Shown here piece after piece: positions 55,510-64,000 of a stretch of 64,000 bases of DNA (position 1 is its first letter; every line of letters begins with the position of its first letter). A program made the position numbers and the translations under genes. Under the pieces are notes generated by a model that was given only the letters and a program-made list of their open reading frames with translations, did not search any database and was not told the origin of the DNA. The stretch spans positions 1,437 through 65,436 of the forward strand of contig NZ_JBPPND010000071.1 of assembly GCF_051306395.1 (NCBI RefSeq), read 5' to 3'. This stretch comes from Methyloceanibacter sp. (GTDB taxonomy: Bacteria > Pseudomonadota > Alphaproteobacteria > Rhizobiales > Methyloligellaceae).

Positions 55510-58440
55510 CTACCAGTTGTAGCGCATGCCGCCCTTGACGGTAGTGCCCTGCGCTTCGTCGGCGAAGACGTAGTCGACTTTGGCGAATACAGCGGTCTGT
55601 GCGCCGGGGTTGAAGAAGTTCACGCCGGCCGAGACCTCGCCCCAAACATCATCCGTTTCATCGACAAGCTGGAAGTCCCGGCCCGTCGAGGTGAGGGTGG
55701 CGTTGTGGTCGCCCGAGAACGAGCCCCACACGCTGCCGACCGCGAAGGGTTCCATCGTGGTCCCCTCCCAGACCTCGGTGCTGGTGCCGAGGCGCATGCC
55801 GAGGCGGCCACGCACGTCCTCGTCGTCGTCGAAGTCGATTGCGTTGCCGTCGAGTGAAAAGTCGTCGATATGCGTCCACGACGCCGCGATCGTGGCGAGC
55901 GGTTCGATGAATGGACCCGGCCGCATGCCGCCGAAGCGATAGCCCGTGTCGGTGCGGAAGCCGTAGGTGGTGCTGTCGAGCTCGTTGGGGAAGCCTCTCA
56001 CGTCATCGGTATCGATCGTGGAGAACAGGGTCTTGAACAGCGTGTCCACAAACAGGCCGCCCCGCAGATAGGTGGCGTAGGCGCCGGCCTCCAGGCTGCT
56101 CACCTGGAACCTGCGCACCAGCGACTCATAGTCGAGGGTCGATTCCACCGCGCCGCCGAGCACGCCGAGTACGAGAACGTCGCCGTCCACGAACAGGTCG
56201 CGCTTGCCGAAATCGATGCCCGACTGGACCTGCCAAATATCGAGATCGCGCTTGAGGTCGTGGCGGTAGGTCCGACCGTTGGCTTTGGTGGTCGCGCTGT
56301 CGTCGATATCGAACCAGCTGCCGGCGCCGCGCGCCCATACGCCCGGCGTGAAGTTGTAGAGCTCCTGGCAGCGCACCACGTCCTCGGCGCGCCCCGGATC
56401 GTCACAGAGATTGCCGCGCGCCAGGAGGACGCGCAGATCGGTGCTCTGATCGAACCACGTCTCCGTCGTGTTGTGGAAAGTATCGTGGGTAACGGTGACG
56501 AGCTGCGGCAGGACATGGGCGCCGCCGCCCGTGTGGTTCTTGAGTTCGAAGAAGCCGGAGCCCGTGGGCACGAAGAACAGATCGTAATCGAAAAAGCCCG
56601 CGTCGATGGGCTTGTCGATATAGAAATCCTTGGCGTCCACGTTGCCGTCCACGAACACCACGGGTATGCCCACGGGATCGAACCGCGCCGAGGACCGGTT
56701 GGTGTTGTTGACGTCGATGCGGGTCCGGCCGCCGGTGTTGCCTTCGACCACGAGGACGTCGGAGGTCGAGCCGGGCCCGCCGAGGAACGTATCGATGGCA
56801 AGTCTGGACTTACCGCCACCCGCGCCGAAGAAACTGAGGTTGGTTCCGCCCGGCGTATTGGAGAGGCGCAAGACGTCCCGGGGCTTGCCGTCGACCATGG
56901 TGATTAAGCCCTGGTTCTCGAACCTTTCGAGCCCGACGAACTTGGTCTCCTCGCTCGCGTTGAAGTCGTCAGCGGCGCGCAGAGTGCCGCCGGCCTCGTT
57001 GGCGAAGACATCCCTGCCGCCGCCGAAATCGCTCGTCTCGCTCGCATTGAACGTGCCGCCCGCCCTGTTCCTGAAGGTATCGCCGCTGTCCGTCAGGTCG
57101 ACGAAGCCGGTGATGAGGCCGGTATTCTCGATCCTGGTGCTGGCGCCTTCGGAGTCGATGGCAAGCCCGCTGCCCGCCGAGATCTTGCCGCTATTGAGGA
57201 TTGTGGTCGAGGTGTTGCTGAAGGCGGCGATGCCCACCATCGAGCCGAAAATCTCGCCCGAGTTTCGAATTTCGATGGGCGAGGATGGCCCGTAAGTCTG
57301 AGCGTAGATGCCGTATCCGAAACGGCCTTGGGCGGAAACCTGGCCGCTGTTCACGATCGTGAGCGAACTGCGCTCGTCATACGTGTTGGCGTCGATGCCC
57401 GAGGAGAAACCTCCCCGTGTTTCGATGTCGCCGCTATTGGTGATCGTCATGTCCGCATTGACGCCCTCGGTGTAGGCATAGATGCCTTCGGCGTAGGCGC
57501 CCGTGGATCTGATGCGGCCGCTATTCACGATGCTCAATTGCGAGTTGAGGCCGTACGTGGAGGCGACAATGCCCTCCGCGTCGCCACCACGAGTGTTTAT
57601 GTCGCCGCTATTGATGATCGAGATGTCGCTGTTGGTGCCGTCGGTGTAGGCCTGGATGCCATCCGCATTGTAGGCCCGCGTAGTGATCGCGCCGCTATTG
57701 GTCACCGCGATGTTGCTGCGGCTGCCTCCCGTGTAGGCGTAGATGCCGTACGCATCCGTGCCGATCGTAGCAATGTCGCCGCTGTTGTTGATGGAAATGC
57801 GGCTGTTGCGCGAGGCGGTCGTTGCGAAGATTCCGATGGATCCGAGGCCTGCCGTGGCGATGTCGCCACTGTTGTTGATCGTGATCGGGCTCCTCGGAGC
57901 GAGGATGCTGGTATTGGCTGAAATGCCGATGGCGCCGGCGCCCGCGGTGGCGAGGTCACCCGTATTGGTGATCTTGATCGGGCTGAATGGGCCGACCGTG
58001 AGGGCCTCGATGCCGATTGCGCCGATGCCGGCCGTGGCTAGGTTGCCCGAATTGTTGATGGTGATCGAACCGCCCAAGGCGGCGGTGTTGGTGGCAATGC
58101 CGATGGCGCCTAGTCCCAGCGTGGCGAAGTTGCCTGTGTTGGTAAAATCAATCGGGGCACCGATGCCGCCCGTAATGATGGAGGCGCACGTTCCGATGAA
58201 AATGCAGTCATCGTTGTTTGTGACGTTGACGGGGAAGATCGAGGCGATGTTCACCGCCTGCTGCGCCTCTGCCGCTGTCGGGATCAAGCTCGAAACGAGG
58301 AAGCTGGTGGCGAGCGCGGTGCCTGCGAGAAGAAGCCGCCGGTCCGGCCGTGCGAAACGAGGTGGCGTTTGGGGCGGAACTTTTTGCGCGTCAGCCGCAT
58401 AACCACCTGCACCGCGCCTGCGGTGATGATGACGCCCCAT
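55510..58440 (-). CDS. Autotransporter adhesin-like protein (beta-helix repeats + C-terminal beta-barrel)
   Basis: Extended signal (LLLAGTALA...AEA), about 12 NSGDIxTxGxxAxGIxA repeats, barrel ending KGGMRYNW. Confidence 0.88.
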   Translation of the reverse strand: MGRHHHRRRGAGGYAADAQKVPPQTPPRFARPDRRLLLAGTALATSFLVSSLIPTAAEAQQAVNIASIFPVNVTNNDDCIFIGTCASIITGGIGAPIDFTNTGNFATLGLGAIGIATNTAALGGSITINNSGNLATAGIGAIGIEALTVGPFSPIKITNTGDLATAGAGAIGISANTSILAPRSPITINNSGDIATAGLGSIGIFATTASRNSRISINNSGDIATIGTDAYGIYAYTGGSRSNIAVTNSGAITTRAYNADGIQAYTDGTNSDISIINSGDINTRGGDAEGIVASTYGLNSQLSIVNSGRIRSTGAYAEGIYAYTEGVNADMTITNSGDIETRGGFSSGIDANTYDERSSLTIVNSGQVSAQGRFGYGIYAQTYGPSSPIEIRNSGEIFGSMVGIAAFSNTSTTILNSGKISAGSGLAIDSEGASTRIENTGLITGFVDLTDSGDTFRNRAGGTFNASETSDFGGGRDVFANEAGGTLRAADDFNASEETKFVGLERFENQGLITMVDGKPRDVLRLSNTPGGTNLSFFGAGGGKSRLAIDTFLGGPGSTSDVLVVEGNTGGRTRIDVNNTNRSSARFDPVGIPVVFVDGNVDAKDFYIDKPIDAGFFDYDLFFVPTGSGFFELKNHTGGGAHVLPQLVTVTHDTFHNTTETWFDQSTDLRVLLARGNLCDDPGRAEDVVRCQELYNFTPGVWARGAGSWFDIDDSATTKANGRTYRHDLKRDLDIWQVQSGIDFGKRDLFVDGDVLVLGVLGGAVESTLDYESLVRRFQVSSLEAGAYATYLRGGLFVDTLFKTLFSTIDTDDVRGFPNELDSTTYGFRTDTGYRFGGMRPGPFIEPLATIAASWTHIDDFSLDGNAIDFDDDEDVRGRLGMRLGTSTEVWEGTTMEPFAVGSVWGSFSGDHNATLTSTGRDFQLVDETDDVWGEVSAGVNFFNPGAQTAVFAKVDYVFADEAQGTTVKGGMRYNW

Positions 58441-58908
58441 GATTTGCCCCCTAAATCCCCAACTTGGGCGATTTTTGTTGAAATGCAGGCAGCGCACCAG
58501 GGGCCCGCACTGGCTTTCCACAGGCACTCAGCCGAATCCGCCTCCCTGTTGCTCTGGGGGAACACTTTTCCATCGGCGGGAGGGCGGAGAGATTCAACAT
58601 GCGCGTTGCCGCTAAGCAGGAAAGTTCTTCCTACAGAACGGCCTTCCGGGAACCAGATTTCGTTTTTTCTCCTTCAATCGCTTCTTTGGGGAATGATTTT
58701 TCGCTAATCTGCCCCATCTTCAGGACGGTGGCGCGCCCTGAAGCAAGATGATGACTGGGAATACGACATGACGACCGGTGGAAATTTCGGCGGCGCGACC
58801 TTTGGCGCATCGGTGTCCGTGCATTTGCGCGGGCTTGCGACGCCGCGCCTTGCCCAGTACACGGGCCGTTCGATTGAACCGCAACGCTTTGCGGAGGTTG
58901 CTTAAGTC

Positions 58909-59262
58909 ATGTTCATCAACGTGCGCCTGCCGGACGGCTCCACGCATCGCCTCGAAGCGCTCGAGGGCTGGCGCGTGATGGAGGTGATCCGCGACTGGGG
59001 CCTGCCGATCAAGGCGGAGTGCGGCGGTGCCTGCGCCTGCGCCACGTGCCATGTCTGGGTCGCCGAGAATTGGGTCGCCAAGCTCGTGGCGCCGACCGAT
59101 GAGGAATCCGAGATGCTGGACGGCGCCTTCCAGGTCGATGAGCGTTCGCGCCTTTCCTGCCAGCTCATCATGACGCCGGAACTCGACGGGCTCGAGGTCG
59201 AGCTTGCGCCCGAGAGCTTGGCGGACGCCGCCGAGCCCGTTGCCGTGGGAGGCGCTGGCTGA
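58909..59262 (+). CDS. 2Fe-2S ferredoxin (adrenodoxin/Isc type)
   Basis: CGGACACATCHV...SRLSCQ; GGAGG RBS. Confidence 0.93.
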   Translation: MFINVRLPDGSTHRLEALEGWRVMEVIRDWGLPIKAECGGACACATCHVWVAENWVAKLVAPTDEESEMLDGAFQVDERSRLSCQLIMTPELDGLEVELAPESLADAAEPVAVGGAG

Positions 59263-60692
59263 TGCGCACCTTCCCGATCTTCGTGAGCTTCGACGGCAAG
59301 CCGCCGCTCGTCGTGGGCGGCGGAGAGCTTGCGGCCATCAAGACGCGGCTTCTGCTGAAGCGCGCGGAGGTCGTCGAGGTCTCGGCCCAAGAGTTCGTTC
59401 CGGAGCTTGCGGCCCTTGCCGCGGCCGGTCAGGTCGTGCAGGTGGCATCGGGGCCCGGCATCGATCAGCTGCGCGGCCGTCCGCTCGTCATCGCCGCCAC
59501 CGAGGATGACCAGGAAGATACGCGCGTCTCGGCTATCGCGCGTGCACTCGGCGTGCCGGTCAACGTGCCGGATCGTCCGGAGCTTTGCACCTTTGCCCTG
59601 CCGGCCATTGTCGATCGCGGTGAGGTCACCGTGGCCATCGGCACCTCCGCCGCTGCCCCCGTGCTGGCCCAGCGTCTGCGCGCCTGGCTCGAGCGCGAGC
59701 TGCATCCGCGCCTGGATGATCTTGCCAAGCTGGCTGGCGAGTTCCGCGGCCTTGTCGCCGAGAGATTGCCGGCTGGCGCCCCGCGCCGCCATTTCTGGGA
59801 GTCCGTGTTCGACGGCGCCGCCGCCGAAGCCATGCTGGAAGGCGACGAGTCGAAGGCACGTAGCCTGATCGGCGAGGCCATCGAGCAGGCAAGCGAGGCC
59901 GGCAAGCGGGAAGGCCGCGTGCTGCTGGTCGGCGCCGGCCCCGGCGATCCCGAGCTTCTCACCATGAAGGCGGTTCGCGCGCTCAAAGTCGCCGACGTGG
60001 TGTTCTACGACCGGCTGGTGGGCAAGGGCGTGCTGGAACATGCCCGCCGCGAGGCCGAGCTGATTCCCGTCGGCAAGGCCAAGGGCGCCCATAGCGTGCC
60101 GCAAGCCGAGATCAATGCGCTTCTGGTGGAGCGCGCGAAAGCCGGCCAGACCGTGGTGCGCTTGAAGGGGGGAGATCCCTTCATCTTTGGCCGCGGCGGC
60201 GAGGAGCTCGATGCGCTGCGCGCCGCGAATATCGCCATCGAGATCGTCCCAGGCGTCACCGCCGGCATCGCCGCGGCCGCGAGCTTGCAGGTTCCGCTCA
60301 CCCATCGCGACGTGTCGCACACCGTGACCTTCGTTTCCGGCCATGAGGCGGGCGGCAAGGCGCCGAGCTTCGAGCATCTCGATCTCAAGGCGCTGGCCTC
60401 CGGCAACAATACGCTGGTCGTTTACATGGGCGTCACCACCGGCGCCGTGATCGCCCAAAGACTTCTGGAAGCCGGGTTCCGGCCCGCGCTTCCGGTCATC
60501 GCGGTGGAGAATGCCAGCCGCGAGGACGAGCGCCGCGTGGCCACCAATATCTCGGTCCTTGCCGCCCATCCGGACTCGCTTGGGCTGAAAAGCCCCGCGG
60601 TTCTGATCTTCGGCGAGGTCGCCGGACTGCCGGCTGCGGGCGTCGTCGAGACCGTTTTGGCCCATGAGGAGGTCAAGCACGCTTATGCCTAG
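59262..60692 (+). CDS. cysG: Siroheme synthase
   Basis: VVGGGELA, VNVPDRPELCTF, VGAGPGDPELLT and RLKGGDPFIFGRGGEE motifs. Confidence 0.95.
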   Translation: MRTFPIFVSFDGKPPLVVGGGELAAIKTRLLLKRAEVVEVSAQEFVPELAALAAAGQVVQVASGPGIDQLRGRPLVIAATEDDQEDTRVSAIARALGVPVNVPDRPELCTFALPAIVDRGEVTVAIGTSAAAPVLAQRLRAWLERELHPRLDDLAKLAGEFRGLVAERLPAGAPRRHFWESVFDGAAAEAMLEGDESKARSLIGEAIEQASEAGKREGRVLLVGAGPGDPELLTMKAVRALKVADVVFYDRLVGKGVLEHARREAELIPVGKAKGAHSVPQAEINALLVERAKAGQTVVRLKGGDPFIFGRGGEELDALRAANIAIEIVPGVTAGIAAAASLQVPLTHRDVSHTVTFVSGHEAGGKAPSFEHLDLKALASGNNTLVVYMGVTTGAVIAQRLLEAGFRPALPVIAVENASREDERRVATNISVLAAHPDSLGLKSPAVLIFGEVAGLPAAGVVETVLAHEEVKHAYA

Positions 60693-60981
60693 CGTCGTCA
60701 CCGCCAACCGCCTCACCGACGGCATCGTCGTCTATCTCGCCGCCGACGGCGAATGGACGGAGGAGATCGCCAATGCCCGCGTCGCCGACGACGAGGCGGA
60801 GACGAAGGCGCTCGAGGCGATCGCCGACAACGCCGTGCGCGAGCGCATTGTCGTGAGCGCCTATCCCATGCCGGTCGGGCTGAAGGATGACGGCGCGATC
60901 GATCCCCTTTCCGTGCGCGAGCGCATTCGTGCCGCGCACCGCACCACGTTGACGAAGGATTGGTACGATGTACCGCTATGA
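60685..60981 (+). CDS. DUF2849 family protein
   Basis: VVTANRLTDGIVVYL...RERIRA; lies between cysG and cysI. Confidence 0.85.
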   Translation: MPSVVTANRLTDGIVVYLAADGEWTEEIANARVADDEAETKALEAIADNAVRERIVVSAYPMPVGLKDDGAIDPLSVRERIRAAHRTTLTKDWYDVPL

Positions 60982-62623
60982 TGAGTTCGACCATGCGTTC
61001 GTGAACGAGCGCGTGGCGGAGTTTCGCAATCAAGTCGAGCGCCGGCTCGCCGGCCAGCTGACGGAGGAGGAGTTCCGGCCCTTACGCTTGCGGAACGGTC
61101 TCTACCTTCAGCTTCACGCCTATATGCTGCGTATCGCCGTTCCTTATGGCGTGCTGTCGCCCAGGCAGTTGCGCCAACTGGCGATGATCGGCCGCAAATG
61201 GGATCGCGGCTACGGCCATTTCACCACGCGCCAGAATCTCCAGTTCAACTGGGTGAAGCTCGTGGACATTCCCGACGTACTCGCAGCCCTCGCCGAGGTC
61301 GAGATGCACTGCATCCAGACCAGCGGCAATTGTGTGCGCAACGTCACCGCCGATCCTTACGCCGCCGCCGCGGTCGATGAGCTGGAAGACCCGCGCGCCT
61401 GGTGCGAGATTCTGCGTCAATGGTCGACGCTGCATCCGGAGTTCAGCTGGCTGCCGCGCAAGTTCAAGATCGCCATCTCCGGCGCCGCCGAGGATCGCGC
61501 CGCCACCGCCTTCCACGATATCGGCTTGCGCATCGTGCGCGGGCCCAATGGCGAGAACGGCTTCCGCGTGCTGGTCGGCGGCGGCATGGGCCGTACGCCC
61601 TATGTCGGCCAGGAGATCAAGGCCTTCCTGCCGAAGGAGCACCTGCTGTCCTACATCGAGTCGATACTGCGCGTGTACAATCTGCACGGGCGCCGCGACA
61701 ACATCCACAAGGCGCGCATCAAGATCCTCGTCAATGCGCTCGGCATCGACAAGTTCCGCGAGGACGTCGAGGCCGACTGGGAAGCGACCCACAAGGACGC
61801 CATCGACCTGCCCGAGGACGAGAAGCGCCGCATCATGAGCTATTTCACGCCGCCCGAGTTGCCGGAGCGGCCGGCGCGCGACGAGGCCTTGGCTGCGCGC
61901 CGCGAAAGCGATCCCGTCTTCGCCAATTGGTACAAGCACAACGTGCTGCCCCACCGCGTGCCGGGCTACGCCTCTGTGGTGATCTCGCTGAAGGAGCCGG
62001 GCCGCACGCCGGGCGATGCCTCTTCGGACACCATGGATTTCGTCGCCGACCTTACCGAGCGCTTCGGCCACAGCGAGGCGCGGGTCAACTACACGCAGAA
62101 TCTGGTGCTGCCCCATGTCTCGCGCGCGGACGTCTTGGAGCTATACGAGGCTTTGGCAGAGGCGGGGCTCGCCACCGGCAATAACGAGCTGCTCGGCGAC
62201 ATGATCTGCTGCCCGGGGCTGGACTATTGCAACCTTGCCAACGCGCGGTCGATCCCCATCGCCAAGGAGATCGCCAAGCGCTTCGAGGACCCGGCGCGCC
62301 AGGAAGAGATCGGCAAGCTGCGGCTCAACATGTCCGGCTGCATTAACGCCTGCGGTCATCATCACTCGGGCAATATCGGCATTCTCGGTGTCGACAAGAA
62401 AGGCACCGAGCTCTACCAGATCACGCTCGGCGGCAACCCGAAGGATAGCGCCTCGGTCGGCACTATCATCGGGCCGGGCTTCCGCGCCGAAGCCGTGCCG
62501 CAAGCCATCGACACCATCGTCGACACCTATATCGACAATCGTCACGAGGGAGAGAGCTTCCTCGAAACTTGGCGCCGCGTGGGCGCCGCGCCCTTCAAGG
62601 AGGCTCTTTATGGTGCTCGTTGA
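60968..62623 (+). CDS. cysI: Sulfite reductase hemoprotein (nitrite/sulfite reductase family)
   Basis: GHFTTRQN, LPRKFKIA, CCPGLDYCNLA and SGCINACGHH motifs. Confidence 0.93.
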   Translation: MYRYDEFDHAFVNERVAEFRNQVERRLAGQLTEEEFRPLRLRNGLYLQLHAYMLRIAVPYGVLSPRQLRQLAMIGRKWDRGYGHFTTRQNLQFNWVKLVDIPDVLAALAEVEMHCIQTSGNCVRNVTADPYAAAAVDELEDPRAWCEILRQWSTLHPEFSWLPRKFKIAISGAAEDRAATAFHDIGLRIVRGPNGENGFRVLVGGGMGRTPYVGQEIKAFLPKEHLLSYIESILRVYNLHGRRDNIHKARIKILVNALGIDKFREDVEADWEATHKDAIDLPEDEKRRIMSYFTPPELPERPARDEALAARRESDPVFANWYKHNVLPHRVPGYASVVISLKEPGRTPGDASSDTMDFVADLTERFGHSEARVNYTQNLVLPHVSRADVLELYEALAEAGLATGNNELLGDMICCPGLDYCNLANARSIPIAKEIAKRFEDPARQEEIGKLRLNMSGCINACGHHHSGNIGILGVDKKGTELYQITLGGNPKDSASVGTIIGPGFRAEAVPQAIDTIVDTYIDNRHEGESFLETWRRVGAAPFKEALYGAR

Positions 62624-63746
62624 GCTCGCTACCGGGACGATCGTCGCCGATCCCGACGAGGTGGCGACGGTGCTGGAGCCGACCGCCGACGAGGCGGCGC
62701 TCAGCGCCGCGGCCGGCGGCAACGCGGGGCCCATCGCCATCGCCTTTCCGAGCTTCACCGACGGGCGCGGCTTCAGCTTGGCGCGGCTGCTGCGGGAGCG
62801 TCACGGTTTCAAAGGTGAAATCCGCGCGGTGGGCCACCTCATTCCCGATCACGGCCAGTTCCTGCTGCGCTCCGGCTTCGACACCGCCGAGATTACCGAC
62901 CCGGACGCGGTGCAGGTCTGGAAGGCTTCGCTTGAGCGCATCCGCCACAATTATCAGCCGGCCGTGCGCAACCCCCTGCCGCTGCGCTGGGATGCGTCCT
63001 CCAAGGCAGCGGGTATGCTGGACGAGACGCTCGGCAAGACCGGCGATCTCGTGAGCCGCATCAAGGAAGTCGCTGCGCAGATTGAAGGGCGCATTGCCTT
63101 TTCCACAAGCCTCGGCCTCGAGGATCAGGTCATCCTGCACGCCATTGCCAAATCCGGCGTCATCAAGTCCGGCGCCGAGATCGATGTCTTCACCCTCGAC
63201 ACCGGGCGGCTCTTCCCGGAGGTGCTGGAAACGGTCGAGCTCTCCGAGCTTCGCTATCGTATCCGCATCCGCCTGGTCGCACCGGACGCACAAGAAGTGG
63301 AAGAGCTCGTTTCACGCGACGGCGTCTATGGCTTTCGTCAGTCGGTCGAGAACCGCAAGGGCTGCTGCGAGATTCGTAAAGTCCGTCCCTTGAATAGGGC
63401 GCTTGAAGGCGCGCAAGGCTGGATCACGGGTCTGCGCCGCGAGCACTCGGACGCGCGCGCCGAAGTGCCGCTTGCCGCGTGGGACGCAGATCGCGGGCTC
63501 ACCAAGGTGAACCCGGTCGCCGACTGGTCAACCGACACCCTCATGGCCTATATCGCCGCTAACAACATCCCCGTGAACCCGCTGCATGCCCGCGGCTTCG
63601 TCTCCATCGGCTGCGCGCCGTGCACCCGGGCTATCCAGCCGGGCGAGAACCCTCGCGCCGGACGCTGGTGGTGGGAGAACGAGGACAAAAAGGAATGCGG
63701 CCTGCACGTCAACGAGAACGGTAAAGAGAAAGAGAAAGCCGCATGA
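62610..63746 (+). CDS. cysH: DUF934 domain fused to APS/PAPS reductase (4Fe-4S type)
   Basis: N-terminal [17 protein letters not shown]...GEIRAVG; C-terminal [27 protein letters not shown] and ECGLH in one uninterrupted frame. Confidence 0.88.
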   Translation: MVLVELATGTIVADPDEVATVLEPTADEAALSAAAGGNAGPIAIAFPSFTDGRGFSLARLLRERHGFKGEIRAVGHLIPDHGQFLLRSGFDTAEITDPDAVQVWKASLERIRHNYQPAVRNPLPLRWDASSKAAGMLDETLGKTGDLVSRIKEVAAQIEGRIAFSTSLGLEDQVILHAIAKSGVIKSGAEIDVFTLDTGRLFPEVLETVELSELRYRIRIRLVAPDAQEVEELVSRDGVYGFRQSVENRKGCCEIRKVRPLNRALEGAQGWITGLRREHSDARAEVPLAAWDADRGLTKVNPVADWSTDTLMAYIAANNIPVNPLHARGFVSIGCAPCTRAIQPGENPRAGRWWWENEDKKECGLHVNENGKEKEKAA

Positions 63747-64000
63747 CCGCGCTCACCTCGCATCTCAAGCTCCTCGAAGCCGAGAGCATCCACATCTTTC
63801 GCGAGGCGGCGGCACAGTTCCGTAGCCCCGTGCTGCTCTACTCCATCGGCAAGGACTCGACCGTCCTTCTGCACTTGGCGCGCAAGGCCTTCTGGCCGGC
63901 CAAGCCGCCGTTCCCTTTGCTGCATGTCGATACGACTTGGAAGTTCCACGATATGATCGCGTTCCGCGACCGCACGGCGAAGGAGCTCGGCCTCGACCTG
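63743..64000 (+). CDS. cysD: Sulfate adenylyltransferase subunit 2, truncated by the window edge
   Basis: [15 protein letters not shown]...[21 protein letters not shown]...LHVDTTWKF. Confidence 0.95.
   Translation, partial: MTALTSHLKLLEAESIHIFREAAAQFRSPVLLYSIGKDSTVLLHLARKAFWPAKPPFPLLHVDTTWKFHDMIAFRDRTAKELGLDL

Noticed and set aside
58440-58908. Long intergenic region as a possible cobalamin or other riboswitch
   Set aside because: Could not find the B12-box or other conserved aptamer cores; needs an Infernal/Rfam scan

Overview
GC-rich alphaproteobacterial chromosome segment. gcrA, a podJ-like gene, class I lysS and a SAM-II riboswitch point to Hyphomicrobiales; a Methyloceanibacter/Hyphomicrobium-like host is an inference. 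The window is mostly housekeeping: moaA; phoR-pstSCAB-phoU-phoB; gcrA; argD-argF-hslO and argE; SAM-II-controlled metZ; dCTP deaminase; lysS; pyrD-arsC; ligase-associated helicase plus PdeM; podJ-like; pip; a solute:sodium symporter; mscL; an autotransporter; and an fdx-cysG-cysI-(DUF934::cysH)-cysD operon cut by the window edge. No integrase, transposase, CRISPR array or rRNA was seen. The most unusual region is about 28.6-29.6 kb. There tRNA-Gly(CCC) is followed by a perfect 12-bp tandem repeat, a tRNA-Thr(GGT)-like sequence with an intact 3' half but an aberrant D-arm, a second set of 11-bp-periodic repeats, and a small secreted Cys-flanked (YxGPGGGx)n protein with an apparent 1-nt frameshift. 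An uncharacterised radical SAM gene lies just across the tRNA. Other oddities: a solitary arsH with a palindromic operator inserted between phoR and pstS; a PstA with a tandemly duplicated periplasmic domain; ArgF with a 47-aa histone-H1-like tail; an ArfA-like peptide abutting moaA; a Tat-signal HAD with altered catalytic motifs; tandem paralogous small membrane proteins; and a DUF934-CysH fusion. All family calls come from motif recognition only; no database search was run.
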